Part shown: one piece after another, positions 48,074 through 58,617 of the stretch
Layout: each line of letters starts with the position of its first letter
How positions within the stretch are numbered: the first letter of the stretch is position 1
Assembly (NCBI GenBank): GCA_022822305.1
Contig: JAJEBY010000013.1
Location: forward strand, 131,617 to 195,616
DNA: 64,000 nt
Direction: 5' to 3'
Origin: Anaerolineae bacterium
GTDB lineage: Bacteria; Chloroflexota; Anaerolineae; Aggregatilineales; Phototrophicaceae
The notes under the pieces: generated by a model
The model's database searches: none
What the model was told of the DNA's origin: nothing
Seen by the model: the letters and a program-made list of their open reading frames with translations, nothing else
Program-made: the position numbers and the translations under genes

Positions 48074-48919
48074 TCACGCCGGCACATTCTCCAGCCGCGT
48101 CACCCAGTAATGCACATCAAAGTCTTCATCGCCGGTCAGGAAGCGCCACAACTTGACGCGATTGACAATCTCCAGACGTCCGGAAGCCGCCTCGAACCAA
48201 GGCTCCATGCGACTGAGGATATCCTGTACGCCGCCGTCCGCGTCCCGGCCGGCGAAGATCTCGCGGTGGGCGCGGTAGTCATCGTCGAGATCGTCAGTAT
48301 TCCACAAGCGCAATTGCCGCACGACCGGGTTCAGCCGCACCTTGAACATGTAGCGGCGGCGATCGGTCTGGTTCTGGCGCCCGCAATGCCAGATGCCGTG
48401 ATGCAACACCAGAATAGAACCGGCTTTGCAGACCATCGGGACTTGCCCGCGCATATTCTGATAGGCGGCGATATCCATCTCGTTGACCTTGCGGAAGTGG
48501 CTGCCCGGCAAGACCAAGGTTCCGCCCATCTCCAGCGGCACTTCATGCGGGAAGTACATGATCTGAATATCGAAATGCGTGCGCAGGTCGATGATCGAAT
48601 CGGCATGCAGACCTTGCGCCCTGCCTTGATTAGGCTCGCGCACGTGAATGGCATCATGATCAAACAGCGGATCTTCGCCGACCAGGCTGTGTATCAGCCC
48701 CTGCACTTGCGGAAGATCGAGCATCTCGCGAATGCCGGTGCCGTGATAACACTGCGAAAGCGGCGTAGCGGCCGGCGCGCCCTGGATCGCGTCCTCATCA
48801 ATTTCGCGCATGACGCGTTTGTTGATCGCGTCCGGCACCAGTTCGTCAAAACGCAGGAAGCCTCTGGCGACGAATGCCGCCATCTGTCGGGAATCGAGCA
48901 AATGCTGCTTTAGGGTCAT
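48074..48919 (-). CDS. Phytanoyl-CoA dioxygenase (PhyH) family Fe(II)/2-oxoglutarate oxygenase
   Basis: GLHADSIID (HxD), LVLPGSHF, VLHHGIWHCGRQN, RRYMFKVR pattern. Confidence 0.78.
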   Translation of the reverse strand: MTLKQHLLDSRQMAAFVARGFLRFDELVPDAINKRVMREIDEDAIQGAPAATPLSQCYHGTGIREMLDLPQVQGLIHSLVGEDPLFDHDAIHVREPNQGRAQGLHADSIIDLRTHFDIQIMYFPHEVPLEMGGTLVLPGSHFRKVNEMDIAAYQNMRGQVPMVCKAGSILVLHHGIWHCGRQNQTDRRRYMFKVRLNPVVRQLRLWNTDDLDDDYRAHREIFAGRDADGGVQDILSRMEPWFEAASGRLEIVNRVKLWRFLTGDEDFDVHYWVTRLENVPA

Positions 48920-49203
48920 GCTGATCTTTCCTCCAGTTTTTCAAAGACGAAGCCATATTTCATGAATGAAGTGCTATATTCCTCGCCGGGATAGGGCGGG
49001 ATCAAGATCGGATGCTGAATCAGCCGCCAACCGTCTTTCAAGGCATCCAGTCCCGTCTCGTAGGGCGGCTCAGTGTTGTCGCCGGTAGTGAAGTGATCAT
49101 GGCCCGTGCCATCGTAAATCGCCCATCCCAATACTTGGCTGTCCAGCGCCGAAGTGGAAAGATATAGCGTGAGCACCTTTTGTCGCAGCGATTCTCGCAT
49201 CAT
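48916..49203 (-). CDS. Hypothetical protein
   Basis: 95-aa ORF whose stop overlaps the PhyH start by 4 nt (48916-48919); no motif. Confidence 0.45.
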   Translation of the reverse strand: MMRESLRQKVLTLYLSTSALDSQVLGWAIYDGTGHDHFTTGDNTEPPYETGLDALKDGWRLIQHPILIPPYPGEEYSTSFMKYGFVFEKLEERSA

Positions 49204-49339
49204 TGCCTCGATTTCTGTGCGCGTTTTCAGCTGCTGATGTTAACGTATTCGACACAAGATTTCCAAGACCGGGACTGGCCAATCGTCCGCAAATTTGCGA
49301 TTTGGAGAGACAGTTGCTGGCTGTCTTGCGAATGGAGAA

Positions 49340-49738
49340 TCAGTCGTCGTCCACGTCGACATCGATTAGCAGCCGCGTATCGGGCAGCGGCGAGCGCTCG
49401 CGAAAATAGCGCATCACCGCATCGCCGATTACCTTGGCTTTGGCCGCCATTGCCGCGCTCTTAACCGCCCAGCCGACCAGCGGGACGATCCCGACAACTT
49501 CGGCGATGACGCCGCCCGCGATTGCGCTGCCGACGGCGCCGGAGAGAATCGACAGCAGATGCTCCATATCGAAGGCGTTTACGCCATAGACGCTGGCTAC
49601 CTGATGGATCATGGCGGTATCGGCGGCTGTGAGAAAGAAGGCGCTGCCGGGAATCCATCCGGTCAGCGCAGCGCCGGTGGTCCAGTTGTTGACTAACCTG
49701 CGAGCCTCGCGGTCGGCATCCTGTAACGACTTCGACAT
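49340..49738 (-). CDS. DUF697-like small membrane-associated protein
   Basis: WTTGAALTGWIPGSAFFLTAADTAMIHQVASVYG...IVPLVGWAVKSAAMAAKAKVIG resembles DUF697/YcjF C-domain. Confidence 0.5.
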   Translation of the reverse strand: MSKSLQDADREARRLVNNWTTGAALTGWIPGSAFFLTAADTAMIHQVASVYGVNAFDMEHLLSILSGAVGSAIAGGVIAEVVGIVPLVGWAVKSAAMAAKAKVIGDAVMRYFRERSPLPDTRLLIDVDVDDD

Positions 49739-49990
49739 GCTTGCCTCCTGGCAATTCTGAAGCGCGAACCTACTTACAAATACGCGATGATTGCTGCGAA
49801 GGTTGCGGCGCCGGTTTTGGTTCTCCGCCGTTGTTAAGCGATCTGCCGGGACATTTTGCGGGCCGAGCGCTATGCAATAATCGCCATTTGCGGTGAGTTT
49901 ATCGCACTACGCAAGATTCTGTTGTACTCTATGTTGAGTTTGGTAACGCTGCCAGCTAGCAAAAGTAGACAATAAGAGGATTTGGGCGCC

Positions 49991-51229
49991 ATGCGGCCGG
50001 ACCGAGTGACCAAACGCCTGCTGGTGGTCGACGGGGATGAAGCGGTAACCGCCTGGTTGAGTCGGGCGCTGTCCGAAGATTTTGCGCTGGCGCCAATCCG
50101 CAACGACGGCTCACTGACCGAGAGCATCCAAAAGTCAGCGGCGCGTAGCGATCTTGCGCTGCTCTGCATCGACCGTTATGACGACGCATCCCAAGCGTTG
50201 CTCGGAGCTGTCAGCGAAGCGCTGGCAAGCTGCCAGACGCCGATCGTCTTGGTGACAGACCAGGAGACATCAGCGGAGCGGCTCGTATGCGCGTTAGAGG
50301 CTGGCGCCCGTGATGTCGTCGCGCGCGCGCAGGGTACACGGTTGCTGATGGCGCGGGTTAGGTCGGTGCTGCGCGATGCGGAAACCATCGAGGGCTATCG
50401 TCTGCGGATCACGGAGTTAACCCAAAGCGAAAACCTGCGGCTGCAATCCTTGCGCATGGCGGCGCACGATTTGAAGACGCCAATCAACAACGTGCGCATC
50501 GCGGAAAGTATCTTACGTCTGACCGCGCCCAAACGGAAAGAAGTCACCCAATCATTGAATATGATCCGGCTGATGACTGCCAATATGAACGATATCATCA
50601 ACAATTTTGTCGGGCTATTCGAGGTACGCGCGGGTCAATTGCGAATCCAGCTTGCGCCATTCTACTTGCCCGAAACGGTCAACGACGCTATTAGCGATTA
50701 CGAATTCGCGGCCGCGCAAAAGCATATTCGGCTGAACAACAGCGTTGACGATGGATGGGTGATTGGCGACGCGCCGCGCTTGCGACAGGCCTTGGGCAAC
50801 CTGCTCGGCAATGCCATCAAATACAGCCCAAGCGATTCCGAGGTCAAGATTTACGCCTTTCGCCGCGGCGGCTGTATCTATATTATGGTAGAGGATCAAG
50901 GCTCGGGAATTCCGCGGGCGGAGAGAGAAGAGCTGTATCGTATGTTTGGTGAACTGAGCCCACGACCGTCAACCGGCGAATCCAGCACGGGCTTGGGATT
51001 GTGGATCGTTGATCATCTCATAAAAGCGCAAAACGGCACGGTGGGAGCGAAGTTTCCCGAATCGGGCGGCTCGCGATTTTGGGTGAGCCTGCCGGAATAT
51101 ACCGCACTGGACAGTGCCGCCGCTGGGAGATTGAGCGCGCTTGCGGCTGATCCTGCGGCCTCGGCCAAAGGCGCAACCGTTGCGCTCACGCGCTCCAATG
51201 TCAGTAGCGATAGCGAAACCGGTGGATGA
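49991..51229 (+). CDS. Hybrid receiver-domain / histidine kinase
   Basis: Receiver RLLVVDGDEA...LALLCID...IVLVTD; H-box LRMAAHDLKTPIN; HATPase N and G boxes LGNAIKYSP, VEDQGSGIP, GLGLWIV. ATG 49991 lies 10 nt after AAGAGGA. Confidence 0.82.
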   Translation: MRPDRVTKRLLVVDGDEAVTAWLSRALSEDFALAPIRNDGSLTESIQKSAARSDLALLCIDRYDDASQALLGAVSEALASCQTPIVLVTDQETSAERLVCALEAGARDVVARAQGTRLLMARVRSVLRDAETIEGYRLRITELTQSENLRLQSLRMAAHDLKTPINNVRIAESILRLTAPKRKEVTQSLNMIRLMTANMNDIINNFVGLFEVRAGQLRIQLAPFYLPETVNDAISDYEFAAAQKHIRLNNSVDDGWVIGDAPRLRQALGNLLGNAIKYSPSDSEVKIYAFRRGGCIYIMVEDQGSGIPRAEREELYRMFGELSPRPSTGESSTGLGLWIVDHLIKAQNGTVGAKFPESGGSRFWVSLPEYTALDSAAAGRLSALAADPAASAKGATVALTRSNVSSDSETGG

Positions 51230-52485
51230 AGGTTGCACTGCTTAGCGACCACATTCCGCCAGAGGGCATGGGTGGCGCCGAGGCCGTGGTATGGCGCCTC
51301 GCGCGCGGTCTTCAGGCGGCCGGGCACGATCCGCACGTAATAACAACCACACAGCGCGAGCCGTTTGAAGAAATCCGCAAAGGCATACCGACCTATCATC
51401 TGCATGCGGCCTATCCGGAACGCCTTCGCGCCTGGCTCTCGCTTTGGAATCCGCAAACGATCGGCCCGCTGCGCGAGCTGCTGCGGCGCTTGCAGCCCGA
51501 TATCGTCAACGCGCACAACATTCACCTCTTTCTTTCCTACCGCGCCTTGAAAGTCGCGCGCGACCTCAGTATCGCCACCGTCTTCAGCGCGCACGATGTC
51601 ATGCCCTTCGCTTTTGGCAAGCTACGGCATTATGTCCACCACGACATTGAGCGGATCCGCCTGCCGCAAGACTATCGTCTTCCACGAGGCTACAGCCTGC
51701 GGCATTACCGCTTCCGCTACAATCCCTGGCGCAACCGCACAATCCGGCATTATCTAACGCGATACGCCGACCGGCTCACGGCCTCCAGCCACGCTTTAGC
51801 CCAGGCGTTCTCCGCCAACGATCTGCCAGCGCCGCAAGTCGTGCACACGGGCATTGACCCGACAGATTGGCGGCGGCGCGACGAATCTGTCATTGGCGCG
51901 CTGAGAGACAAGCTCGACTTGAAAGACAAGCGCACGATTTTGATCGCTGGACGCCTTACGCCCGATAAAGGTACTGTCCCGCTGCTGAAAGCTATTGATC
52001 GCATTAAGGATTGTCTGCCGGATATCTGCCTGCTGGCATTGACCGCCCGCGATATCGAAGGTCAGATTCCGGAGGCGTTGCGCTATTTGCGCCGGGATAT
52101 CCGTAGCGCCGGTTGGCTGGTCGGAGACGAATTGCGGGCGGCCTTTCACCTGGCTGATGTGGTGGTCGTGCCATCCCTGTGCCTGGATACATTTCCCACC
52201 GTAAACTTGGAGGCTATGGCGGCCGGCAAACCCGTAATCGCCACTTGTTACGGTGGATCAAGCGAAATCGTGCTTGATGGCGCGACGGGATTCATCGTCA
52301 ATCCTCTTGATACCGTCACCTTCGCCGATCGCTTGCAGCGCCTGCTCAGCGATCCCGCGCTTCGTGAACAAATGGGGCAGAGCGCCCAAGCCCGCATCCG
52401 GGCGAGTTTTACCGTAGACCGCTACGTCGATCAAATGTTGAGGGTTTATGATCGTGCGATAGCCGGCAGCGGCGCGGCCACATAA
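51226..52485 (+). CDS. Glycosyltransferase family 4 (GT-B, RfaG-like)
   Basis: MKVALLSDHIPPEGMGGAE..., C-terminal EAMAAGKPVIATCYGGSSEIVLDGATGFIV. ATGA overlap with the kinase stop (51226-51229). Confidence 0.85.
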   Translation: MKVALLSDHIPPEGMGGAEAVVWRLARGLQAAGHDPHVITTTQREPFEEIRKGIPTYHLHAAYPERLRAWLSLWNPQTIGPLRELLRRLQPDIVNAHNIHLFLSYRALKVARDLSIATVFSAHDVMPFAFGKLRHYVHHDIERIRLPQDYRLPRGYSLRHYRFRYNPWRNRTIRHYLTRYADRLTASSHALAQAFSANDLPAPQVVHTGIDPTDWRRRDESVIGALRDKLDLKDKRTILIAGRLTPDKGTVPLLKAIDRIKDCLPDICLLALTARDIEGQIPEALRYLRRDIRSAGWLVGDELRAAFHLADVVVVPSLCLDTFPTVNLEAMAAGKPVIATCYGGSSEIVLDGATGFIVNPLDTVTFADRLQRLLSDPALREQMGQSAQARIRASFTVDRYVDQMLRVYDRAIAGSGAAT

Positions 52486-52715
52486 TCTTATTCGCTGACA
52501 TCGACCGACCGAAGGACGATATACGGTGAGCGATTAGTGACTTCGAGTCAGAAGGAAATCCTGGCTGGCTTATCCCGCAAAGTGAAATCGGCGCGCTGCC
52601 GGCGCGAGTGTATCCTTTTGCGGGTGACGAAGAGGCGGTTGACGACGTCATTCTGAATGATAGCATCGGCGCTCGTCAAACCGTGCCCGAATTCCTAACA
52701 CGCCAGGGAATTGCG

Positions 52716-53627
52716 ATGCGACAATTTCACTACGCCGAACCGCAGGACTTCTTTCGCGCGCAAGCGGCGCTGATGCGCTGGATCAAACAGCGGGGACACT
52801 GCAACTACTTGCACAAGGGCGATATCGGCCATCGCTTGTACAACAACTGCTATGGATACGACAAACGCGATATCTTTCGCTATTGGCTGGACGACGCCGG
52901 AGAGCTAACCGCCTTTGCCACGCTCTTGCCGCAGTGGCAGTCATTTGAATTGCAGGTCGCGCCTGAGCGCTTGCTGGGTTCGGCACATCGATTGCTTCTG
53001 GAGACTTGCGAACGGGAAACATTGCGGCTCGGCGAGAAGCTCGGGCACAGCATCAAGGAACTCGTCGTGGAAGTGGAAGATTGCGAACCCGCCTTTTCGC
53101 GCTTCATCGAGGCGTGTGGCTATGCGCGAGGCGAGCATCTGTTCAGCTTCACGAGGCACGATCTATCGCGCCTGCCCGAAGCGGCGCTGCCGCCTGGATT
53201 CCGATTCCACCAGGCGACGGAGACTGATGCCGCCTGCCTGGCCGATGTACATAATCACAGCTTCACCAACAAATGGGATGCCAATTCGTATGGGCAGGTC
53301 TTCCGCTCGCCGCATATGGAGTACGAATTTGTCGTCTTGGCGCCCGATGGGCGCTGCGCCGCCTTCACCAACGTTTGGGTCGATACGGTAAATCAGTCGC
53401 TGCTGTTTGAGCCCGTTGGCACGCATGCGGACTTCCGCCGGCGCGGTCTGGCCAAGGCACTAATGACCCACGCCCTGCGGCGGATGCAGCGCGAACGAGG
53501 CATCACATGCGCTTACGTTGGTCACGAACCTATTACGAAGAACCCGGCATCGGGTCCGCTTTACGCGGCAGTCGGATTCAAGCACGCTTTTGATTGCTAC
53601 GCATATAAGAAGTCAGTCTCGCCTTGA
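52716..53627 (+). CDS. GNAT-family N-acetyltransferase (two-domain type)
   Basis: C-terminal motif A context VGTHADFRRRGLAKALMTHALRRM. Start set at ATG 52716. Confidence 0.62.
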   Translation: MRQFHYAEPQDFFRAQAALMRWIKQRGHCNYLHKGDIGHRLYNNCYGYDKRDIFRYWLDDAGELTAFATLLPQWQSFELQVAPERLLGSAHRLLLETCERETLRLGEKLGHSIKELVVEVEDCEPAFSRFIEACGYARGEHLFSFTRHDLSRLPEAALPPGFRFHQATETDAACLADVHNHSFTNKWDANSYGQVFRSPHMEYEFVVLAPDGRCAAFTNVWVDTVNQSLLFEPVGTHADFRRRGLAKALMTHALRRMQRERGITCAYVGHEPITKNPASGPLYAAVGFKHAFDCYAYKKSVSP

Positions 53628-53728
53628 CTGCGCAAATCCCCTTTGCGGGGTCTGACCTTTTCCCCATTGCCGAGCCGATGCTACAATACGCCGAATAGAG
53701 TCTAAAGACACATTGGACAACGCCAGCG

Positions 53729-55192
53729 ATGACCATGCAGATCTATAATGTGCTGGGGCGCCAGAAGCAGGCATTCACGCCCATTGAAGAAGGGCGCGTC
53801 GGCATGTATGTTTGCGGACCCACTGTCTACGAACATTCGCACTTGGGGCATGCCAAAACTTACGTATCATTCGACGTGGTGGCGCGTTACCTGCGTTATC
53901 GCGGCTATGATCTGCTTTATGTGCAGAATATCACGGATGTCGGCCATCTGCGCGAAAACGAAGAGGACCGCGTATTGGCGCGCGCTGCCCAGCTCAATGC
54001 CAAGCCCATGCAAATCGTCGAGACCTATACCCGCAGCTATTTCGAAGACATGGATGCGCTGCGCGTGCAACGTCCGGATATCTCGCCCCGGGCCAGCGGC
54101 CACGTGCCCGAGCAGATCGAAATGATCGAAACGCTAATCGCCAACGGCAACGCCTACGCGATCGACGGCAGCGTCTATTTTGATGTGCGCAGCGATGACG
54201 ACTATGGCAAACTGTCCAATCGCCGATTGGATGAGCAGCAAGACGAATCGCGCGCCTTGGTGGGCGGCGACAAGCGGCATCCGGCTGATTTCGCACTCTG
54301 GAAGAAAGCCGAGCCGGAACATATCTTGCGCTGGAGCAGCCCCTGGGGCGTGGGTTTCCCCGGCTGGCATATCGAGTGCTCGGCGATGGCGCAGAAATAT
54401 TTGGGCGCCAACTTCGATATTCACGGCGGCGGCATCGACAATATCTATCCGCATAACGAAAACGAAATCGCCCAAAGCGAATGCGCCAACGGCGTCGCCT
54501 TCTCCAATTATTGGATGCTGACGGGCAGCTTGAACGTGCTTGATCCGGACGAGGGCATTCCGGTCAAGATGAGCAAGTCGCTGGGCAATTATGAGACCAT
54601 CAAAGACGCCTTGAAACGCTTTCGCCCCGGGGAAATCCGTTATTTCATCCTGACATCACACTACAGCAATCCCGTTCTGTACAGCGAAGAATCGCTTGCT
54701 TCTGCCAAGTCGGGACTTGAGCGCTTGACTAACGTGCTGCGTCTCTTGCGCCAGCAGATGAATCACGCGCCCGAATCCGACGCCGGCGACGCGTTCCGTG
54801 ATCGGCTGGATGCGGCAACAGCCGAATTCCAAAACGTCATGGACGACGACTTCAACTCGCCGCGCGGCATCGCGGTCCTGCAAGACTTGACGCGCGATGT
54901 CAACAGCCTGCTCAATAGCGACAGCGAGGTCGGCCTGCCGATGCTGGCTGCCATCGAAGAGACATTCCGGGCGCTCGGGGGCGATGTGCTGGGATTGCTG
55001 CCCGCCGAGGAAGCGGAGGAAACGGGTGACAGTCAGCGCGAAGCGGCCCTGGTCGAAATGTTGATCGACATGCGAGCGCAGGCGCGCGCCGAGCGTGACT
55101 ATGCCCGCAGCGACCAGATCCGCGACCAGCTGGCCGCGCTGGGCATCGTGCTGGAAGATCGCGTCGATGGCACCATCTGGAAGCTGAACTGA
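53729..55192 (+). CDS. cysS: Cysteine--tRNA ligase
   Basis: MYVCGPTVYEHSHLGHAKT (HIGH), HIECSAM, KMSKSLGN (KMSKS). Confidence 0.95.
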   Translation: MTMQIYNVLGRQKQAFTPIEEGRVGMYVCGPTVYEHSHLGHAKTYVSFDVVARYLRYRGYDLLYVQNITDVGHLRENEEDRVLARAAQLNAKPMQIVETYTRSYFEDMDALRVQRPDISPRASGHVPEQIEMIETLIANGNAYAIDGSVYFDVRSDDDYGKLSNRRLDEQQDESRALVGGDKRHPADFALWKKAEPEHILRWSSPWGVGFPGWHIECSAMAQKYLGANFDIHGGGIDNIYPHNENEIAQSECANGVAFSNYWMLTGSLNVLDPDEGIPVKMSKSLGNYETIKDALKRFRPGEIRYFILTSHYSNPVLYSEESLASAKSGLERLTNVLRLLRQQMNHAPESDAGDAFRDRLDAATAEFQNVMDDDFNSPRGIAVLQDLTRDVNSLLNSDSEVGLPMLAAIEETFRALGGDVLGLLPAEEAEETGDSQREAALVEMLIDMRAQARAERDYARSDQIRDQLAALGIVLEDRVDGTIWKLN

Positions 55193-55330
55193 AGTGGGGC
55201 GCTCGCTATTGATGAAGCCTACAGCGGCAATCCACCGGCTCGTCCGCGCCTCAATACATCAGGTCTGCGCGGGCAGCGCACCGAGTTGCCCCTATTCGCA
55301 TTGACGTTGGGAACCTGAAAGCGTTCAATC

Positions 55331-56092
55331 ATGCCGGAATTTCTCTTTGGACATTGGGCGGTGATCGAAGCCATGCGCTCCGGCCGGCGCGATATGCACG
55401 CCCTGATGATCCACGAACGCGCCGAGAAACGCGGGAGCGTCGGCGATGCCATGGCGCTGGCCGATGAATTGCACGTCCCCGTTCAGCGCGTTCAGCGCCG
55501 CATCCTCGATGACCTGGCCAACAACGGTAATCATCAAGGTTTGGTGCTGCGTGTCAGTCCCTTTCCCTATTGCGATGTGGAAGATATTCTCCAGACCGCC
55601 GCCCGCCGGGGCGAAAAGCCATTCATCCTCCTGCTGGATCTGCTCAAGGATCCGCAGAACGTCGGCGCGCTTATCCGCGTGAGCGACGCCGTTGGCGTGC
55701 ATGGCATCGTCATGCAGGAGCGCCGCAGCGTCGCGGTCACGCCAGCCGTGGTCAACGCCTCTTCCGGCGCCGTGGAACATATCAATGTCGCCCAGGTCAC
55801 CAATCTGGTCTCCGCTATGAAAGAACTCAAGGGCCAAGATGTTTGGCTGGTGGGCCTCGATGTGGGCCCGAATATCCCGCCATTGGACAAGACGGATTTG
55901 AATATGTCGCTGGGATTGGTCATGGGCAGCGAGGGCGAGGGCTTGCGGCGTCTGGTGCGGGACAATTGCGATCTGCTGTTAACGCTGCCCATGCGCGGCG
56001 AGGTGGGCAGCTTGAATGTTGCCACTGCCGGCGCCATCGCGCTCTACTCAGCGTGGGGCGCGCGCGGCTGGACCGGATGGGTTCACGCTTGA
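55331..56092 (+). CDS. rlmB: TrmH/SpoU-family RNA 2'-O-methyltransferase (RlmB-like)
   Basis: LLDLLKDPQNVGALIRVSDAVGV...LVMGSEGEGLRRLV...IPMRGEVGSLNVATAGAIALY. Confidence 0.82.
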   Translation: MPEFLFGHWAVIEAMRSGRRDMHALMIHERAEKRGSVGDAMALADELHVPVQRVQRRILDDLANNGNHQGLVLRVSPFPYCDVEDILQTAARRGEKPFILLLDLLKDPQNVGALIRVSDAVGVHGIVMQERRSVAVTPAVVNASSGAVEHINVAQVTNLVSAMKELKGQDVWLVGLDVGPNIPPLDKTDLNMSLGLVMGSEGEGLRRLVRDNCDLLLTLPMRGEVGSLNVATAGAIALYSAWGARGWTGWVHA

Positions 56093-56195
56093 ACTTTTCT
56101 CGGCAGCGGAAAGATCGTTCGATTGTATTGTTTGCCCGCTCCGATGATGCCAAACTAGGCATAAGCATCGACTCAAGTTTGTATGTGAGATCGAA

Positions 56196-56384
56196 ATGGC
56201 AACCGCTTCGGAAACAACGGCTTTGCAGAACCACGGCGAGAGGATCGCTTCCCTGGAAAGCAACCAGCGGCATCTGGCGACCAAAGCCGATCTCGCAAAC
56301 TTACAGGCGACATTGACGTGGCGCATGATCTTGGCCGTTAGTGTCGCGACCGCCATTCTGGGTTTGCTAATTCGGACTCCTTAG
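56196..56384 (+). CDS. Small coiled-coil plus C-terminal TM hypothetical protein
   Basis: 62 aa; LATKADLANLQATLTWRMILAVSVATAILGLLI. Overlaps the convergent MFS gene end by 4 nt. Confidence 0.35.
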   Translation: MATASETTALQNHGERIASLESNQRHLATKADLANLQATLTWRMILAVSVATAILGLLIRTP

Positions 56385-57727
56385 CGACTTAAACGATTTC
56401 GCGCGCTCAATGGTGTAACGCCAATTACACTCAATACACATAACGCCGCCATCAGCAGGCCGCCGATTGCGAAGGGCGCGGTCGATCCCAGCGATTGGAA
56501 TGTCAAGCCGGCCAGCAGTGGCGCCAGCGCATTGGCTGAGCTGACCAAGGCCGAGCTGACACCCAAGGCGCGCCCATACTCGCTCGGATTCACGCGCTTG
56601 GTTATCAGGCTGTTGAGCGCCGGACGGATCAGCGCGGCGCCGACCGATATCGGCATTACGGCTATGAACATCCAGACCACACCGCCCAAGCCGTTGTTGC
56701 CATTCGCCGGCAATGCGACATTTAATTCGCCGATCAAGGTCTCGGTCGCGGAAGGCGCCTGTTCCAGCAGATCGCGCGCGACCAATTCGCGTACATAGAA
56801 TGGGTGGGGCTGCGCAGGCGTCGTGGCGGTCAGCAGCAAACCCAGCGCCAGCAGCCCCAGCGCGCCCGTCACCAGTCTGGCATCGCCGAATCGCAGGCTC
56901 CAGCGGCCGATATACCGCATCTGTACCGTCACCAGAATGACGCCAATCAGCAAGAATAGGGCGGCGTTGCCTTGTCCGAGGAAGCCGAGTCGACTCAGCG
57001 TGAACAACCCCAGCATGCTTTCGTAGCCGAAAAATATCAGCTGTTGGGCGAACATCAGCAGCAGCAGCATGCCCAGCGCCGGCCGCCACAGATAGCGCAT
57101 GATCAGCAGCGGCCCGATGGCGAGGCGCAGGCGTTTGCCGCGGCGTTCTGGCGGATGCGTCTCGCGGAAGATGAACAGGGTAATCAAGATCGATACGAAG
57201 GAATAGATCGCGGCGGTGAAGGCCGGGACCGCAAGCGAATTGCTCAGCTCGTAGCTTATGATGGCGATGAGCGGACCGAAAATGAAACCGAGACCGAAAG
57301 CGGCGCCCGTGATGCCCAAGCCGCGCGTTCGATTGCTCTCATCGGTAATATCAGCCAAGGCGGCTTGCGCGGTCGAGATATTAGCGCCGAATAGCCCGTC
57401 CAGCACGCGCGACAAGATGATCATCTGCAGTGACCCGGCCAAGCCCAGCAGGATGAAACTGATGCAGGTCGTGACCTGGCTGATCAGCAGCAGCGGCCTC
57501 CGGCCATAGCGATCGGACAGCGCGCCCATCAGCGGCACGCCCGGCAGCTGCGCGAGGGGAAACGCCGCCACTACCAACGCCACATCCAGCGCACTCGCGC
57601 CATAAGCGGCCGCGTACAAATGCAGCAGCGGCAGGATTACGGTCAAGCCGAGCATATCGACGAAGACCATCAAAAAGATGGGACCGACGCGCCGCATATC
57701 CAATGGTGTTGCTGCCGGTTCTGTCAT
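56381..57727 (-). CDS. MFS transporter
   Basis: About 12 TM helices; MFS loop motif GALSDRYGRRPLL. Start set at ATG 57727. Confidence 0.85.
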   Translation of the reverse strand: MTEPAATPLDMRRVGPIFLMVFVDMLGLTVILPLLHLYAAAYGASALDVALVVAAFPLAQLPGVPLMGALSDRYGRRPLLLISQVTTCISFILLGLAGSLQMIILSRVLDGLFGANISTAQAALADITDESNRTRGLGITGAAFGLGFIFGPLIAIISYELSNSLAVPAFTAAIYSFVSILITLFIFRETHPPERRGKRLRLAIGPLLIMRYLWRPALGMLLLLMFAQQLIFFGYESMLGLFTLSRLGFLGQGNAALFLLIGVILVTVQMRYIGRWSLRFGDARLVTGALGLLALGLLLTATTPAQPHPFYVRELVARDLLEQAPSATETLIGELNVALPANGNNGLGGVVWMFIAVMPISVGAALIRPALNSLITKRVNPSEYGRALGVSSALVSSANALAPLLAGLTFQSLGSTAPFAIGGLLMAALCVLSVIGVTPLSARNRLSR

Positions 57728-57936
57728 TTGTCTACAATGTTCCCCGCGTCTGCCAACCAGATTAACTTTAGCAAACACTTATCCCGCTACCAAACGAAAC
57801 GTCCGGCGCCAGCCGACCCATCGCCGACGACTGCCCTAACGGTTGATTAACAAGTCCATTCTCATCTTGGTTGCCCGCAATATGCGATTGTGCTAGCTTT
57901 AACGTATTCGGAGAATTACGCTGCACGGGACTGCTG

Positions 57937-58617
57937 ATGCCCACTTCACGCGAATATACGCGGTTGCGATCGCGTATGGTTGACGAGCAACTGGTGAAGC
58001 GAGGCATCAATGATCGTCGCGTGCTGGATGCCATGCGCAAGATGCCGCGACATCTGTTCGTGGCCGAAGAATTCAAACCCTACGCCTACGAAGACCGTCC
58101 CCTCCCCATCGGCGAAGGACAGACCATTTCCCAACCTTATATCGTCGCCTTCATGTCGGAACGCCTGCGACTCAAATCCGAGCATGTTGTTCTGGAAATC
58201 GGCACCGGCTCCGGCTATCAGACCGCGATCCTTTGCCATTTGTCCAAGTACGTTTACAGCATAGAGCGTTATGGCCGTCTGGCGGATCAGGCCGGCGAGC
58301 GAATCGACCAGCTGGGCTACAACAATATCGACATTCACATTGGCGATGGCAGCCAGGGCTTGCCCGATCAAGCGTCTTTCGACCGCATCATTGTGACGGC
58401 TGCTGTCCCGCGCCTGCCTAAAGTCTTGTGCACGCAGCTGAATACGCAAGAGGGGCGCATGATCTTGCCCATCGGCGACCAGGACGTGCAGGAGCTGAAA
58501 CTGGTCACGCGCAACGGCGAAAAATTCTCCACTCGCACCCTGCTGCGCTGCCGATTTGTGCCGCTAGTGGGCCGCTATGGCTTCGACGACGATATTGATG
58601 AAATCGAGATGCTCTAA
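57937..58617 (+). CDS. pcm: Protein-L-isoaspartate O-methyltransferase
   Basis: VLDAMRKMPRHLFV...TISQPYIVAFM...VLEIGTGSGYQTAIL...GDGSQG...FDRIIVTAA. Confidence 0.9.
   Translation: MPTSREYTRLRSRMVDEQLVKRGINDRRVLDAMRKMPRHLFVAEEFKPYAYEDRPLPIGEGQTISQPYIVAFMSERLRLKSEHVVLEIGTGSGYQTAILCHLSKYVYSIERYGRLADQAGERIDQLGYNNIDIHIGDGSQGLPDQASFDRIIVTAAVPRLPKVLCTQLNTQEGRMILPIGDQDVQELKLVTRNGEKFSTRTLLRCRFVPLVGRYGFDDDIDEIEML

Noticed and set aside
48047-48913. 288-aa plus-strand ORF antisense to the PhyH-family gene
   Set aside because: Shadow ORF with no motif.
53628-53728. Possible T-box leader upstream of cysS
   Set aside because: Only about 100 nt are available and no T-box sequence or specifier/antiterminator architecture is recognisable. 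T-box leaders need roughly 200 nt or more.
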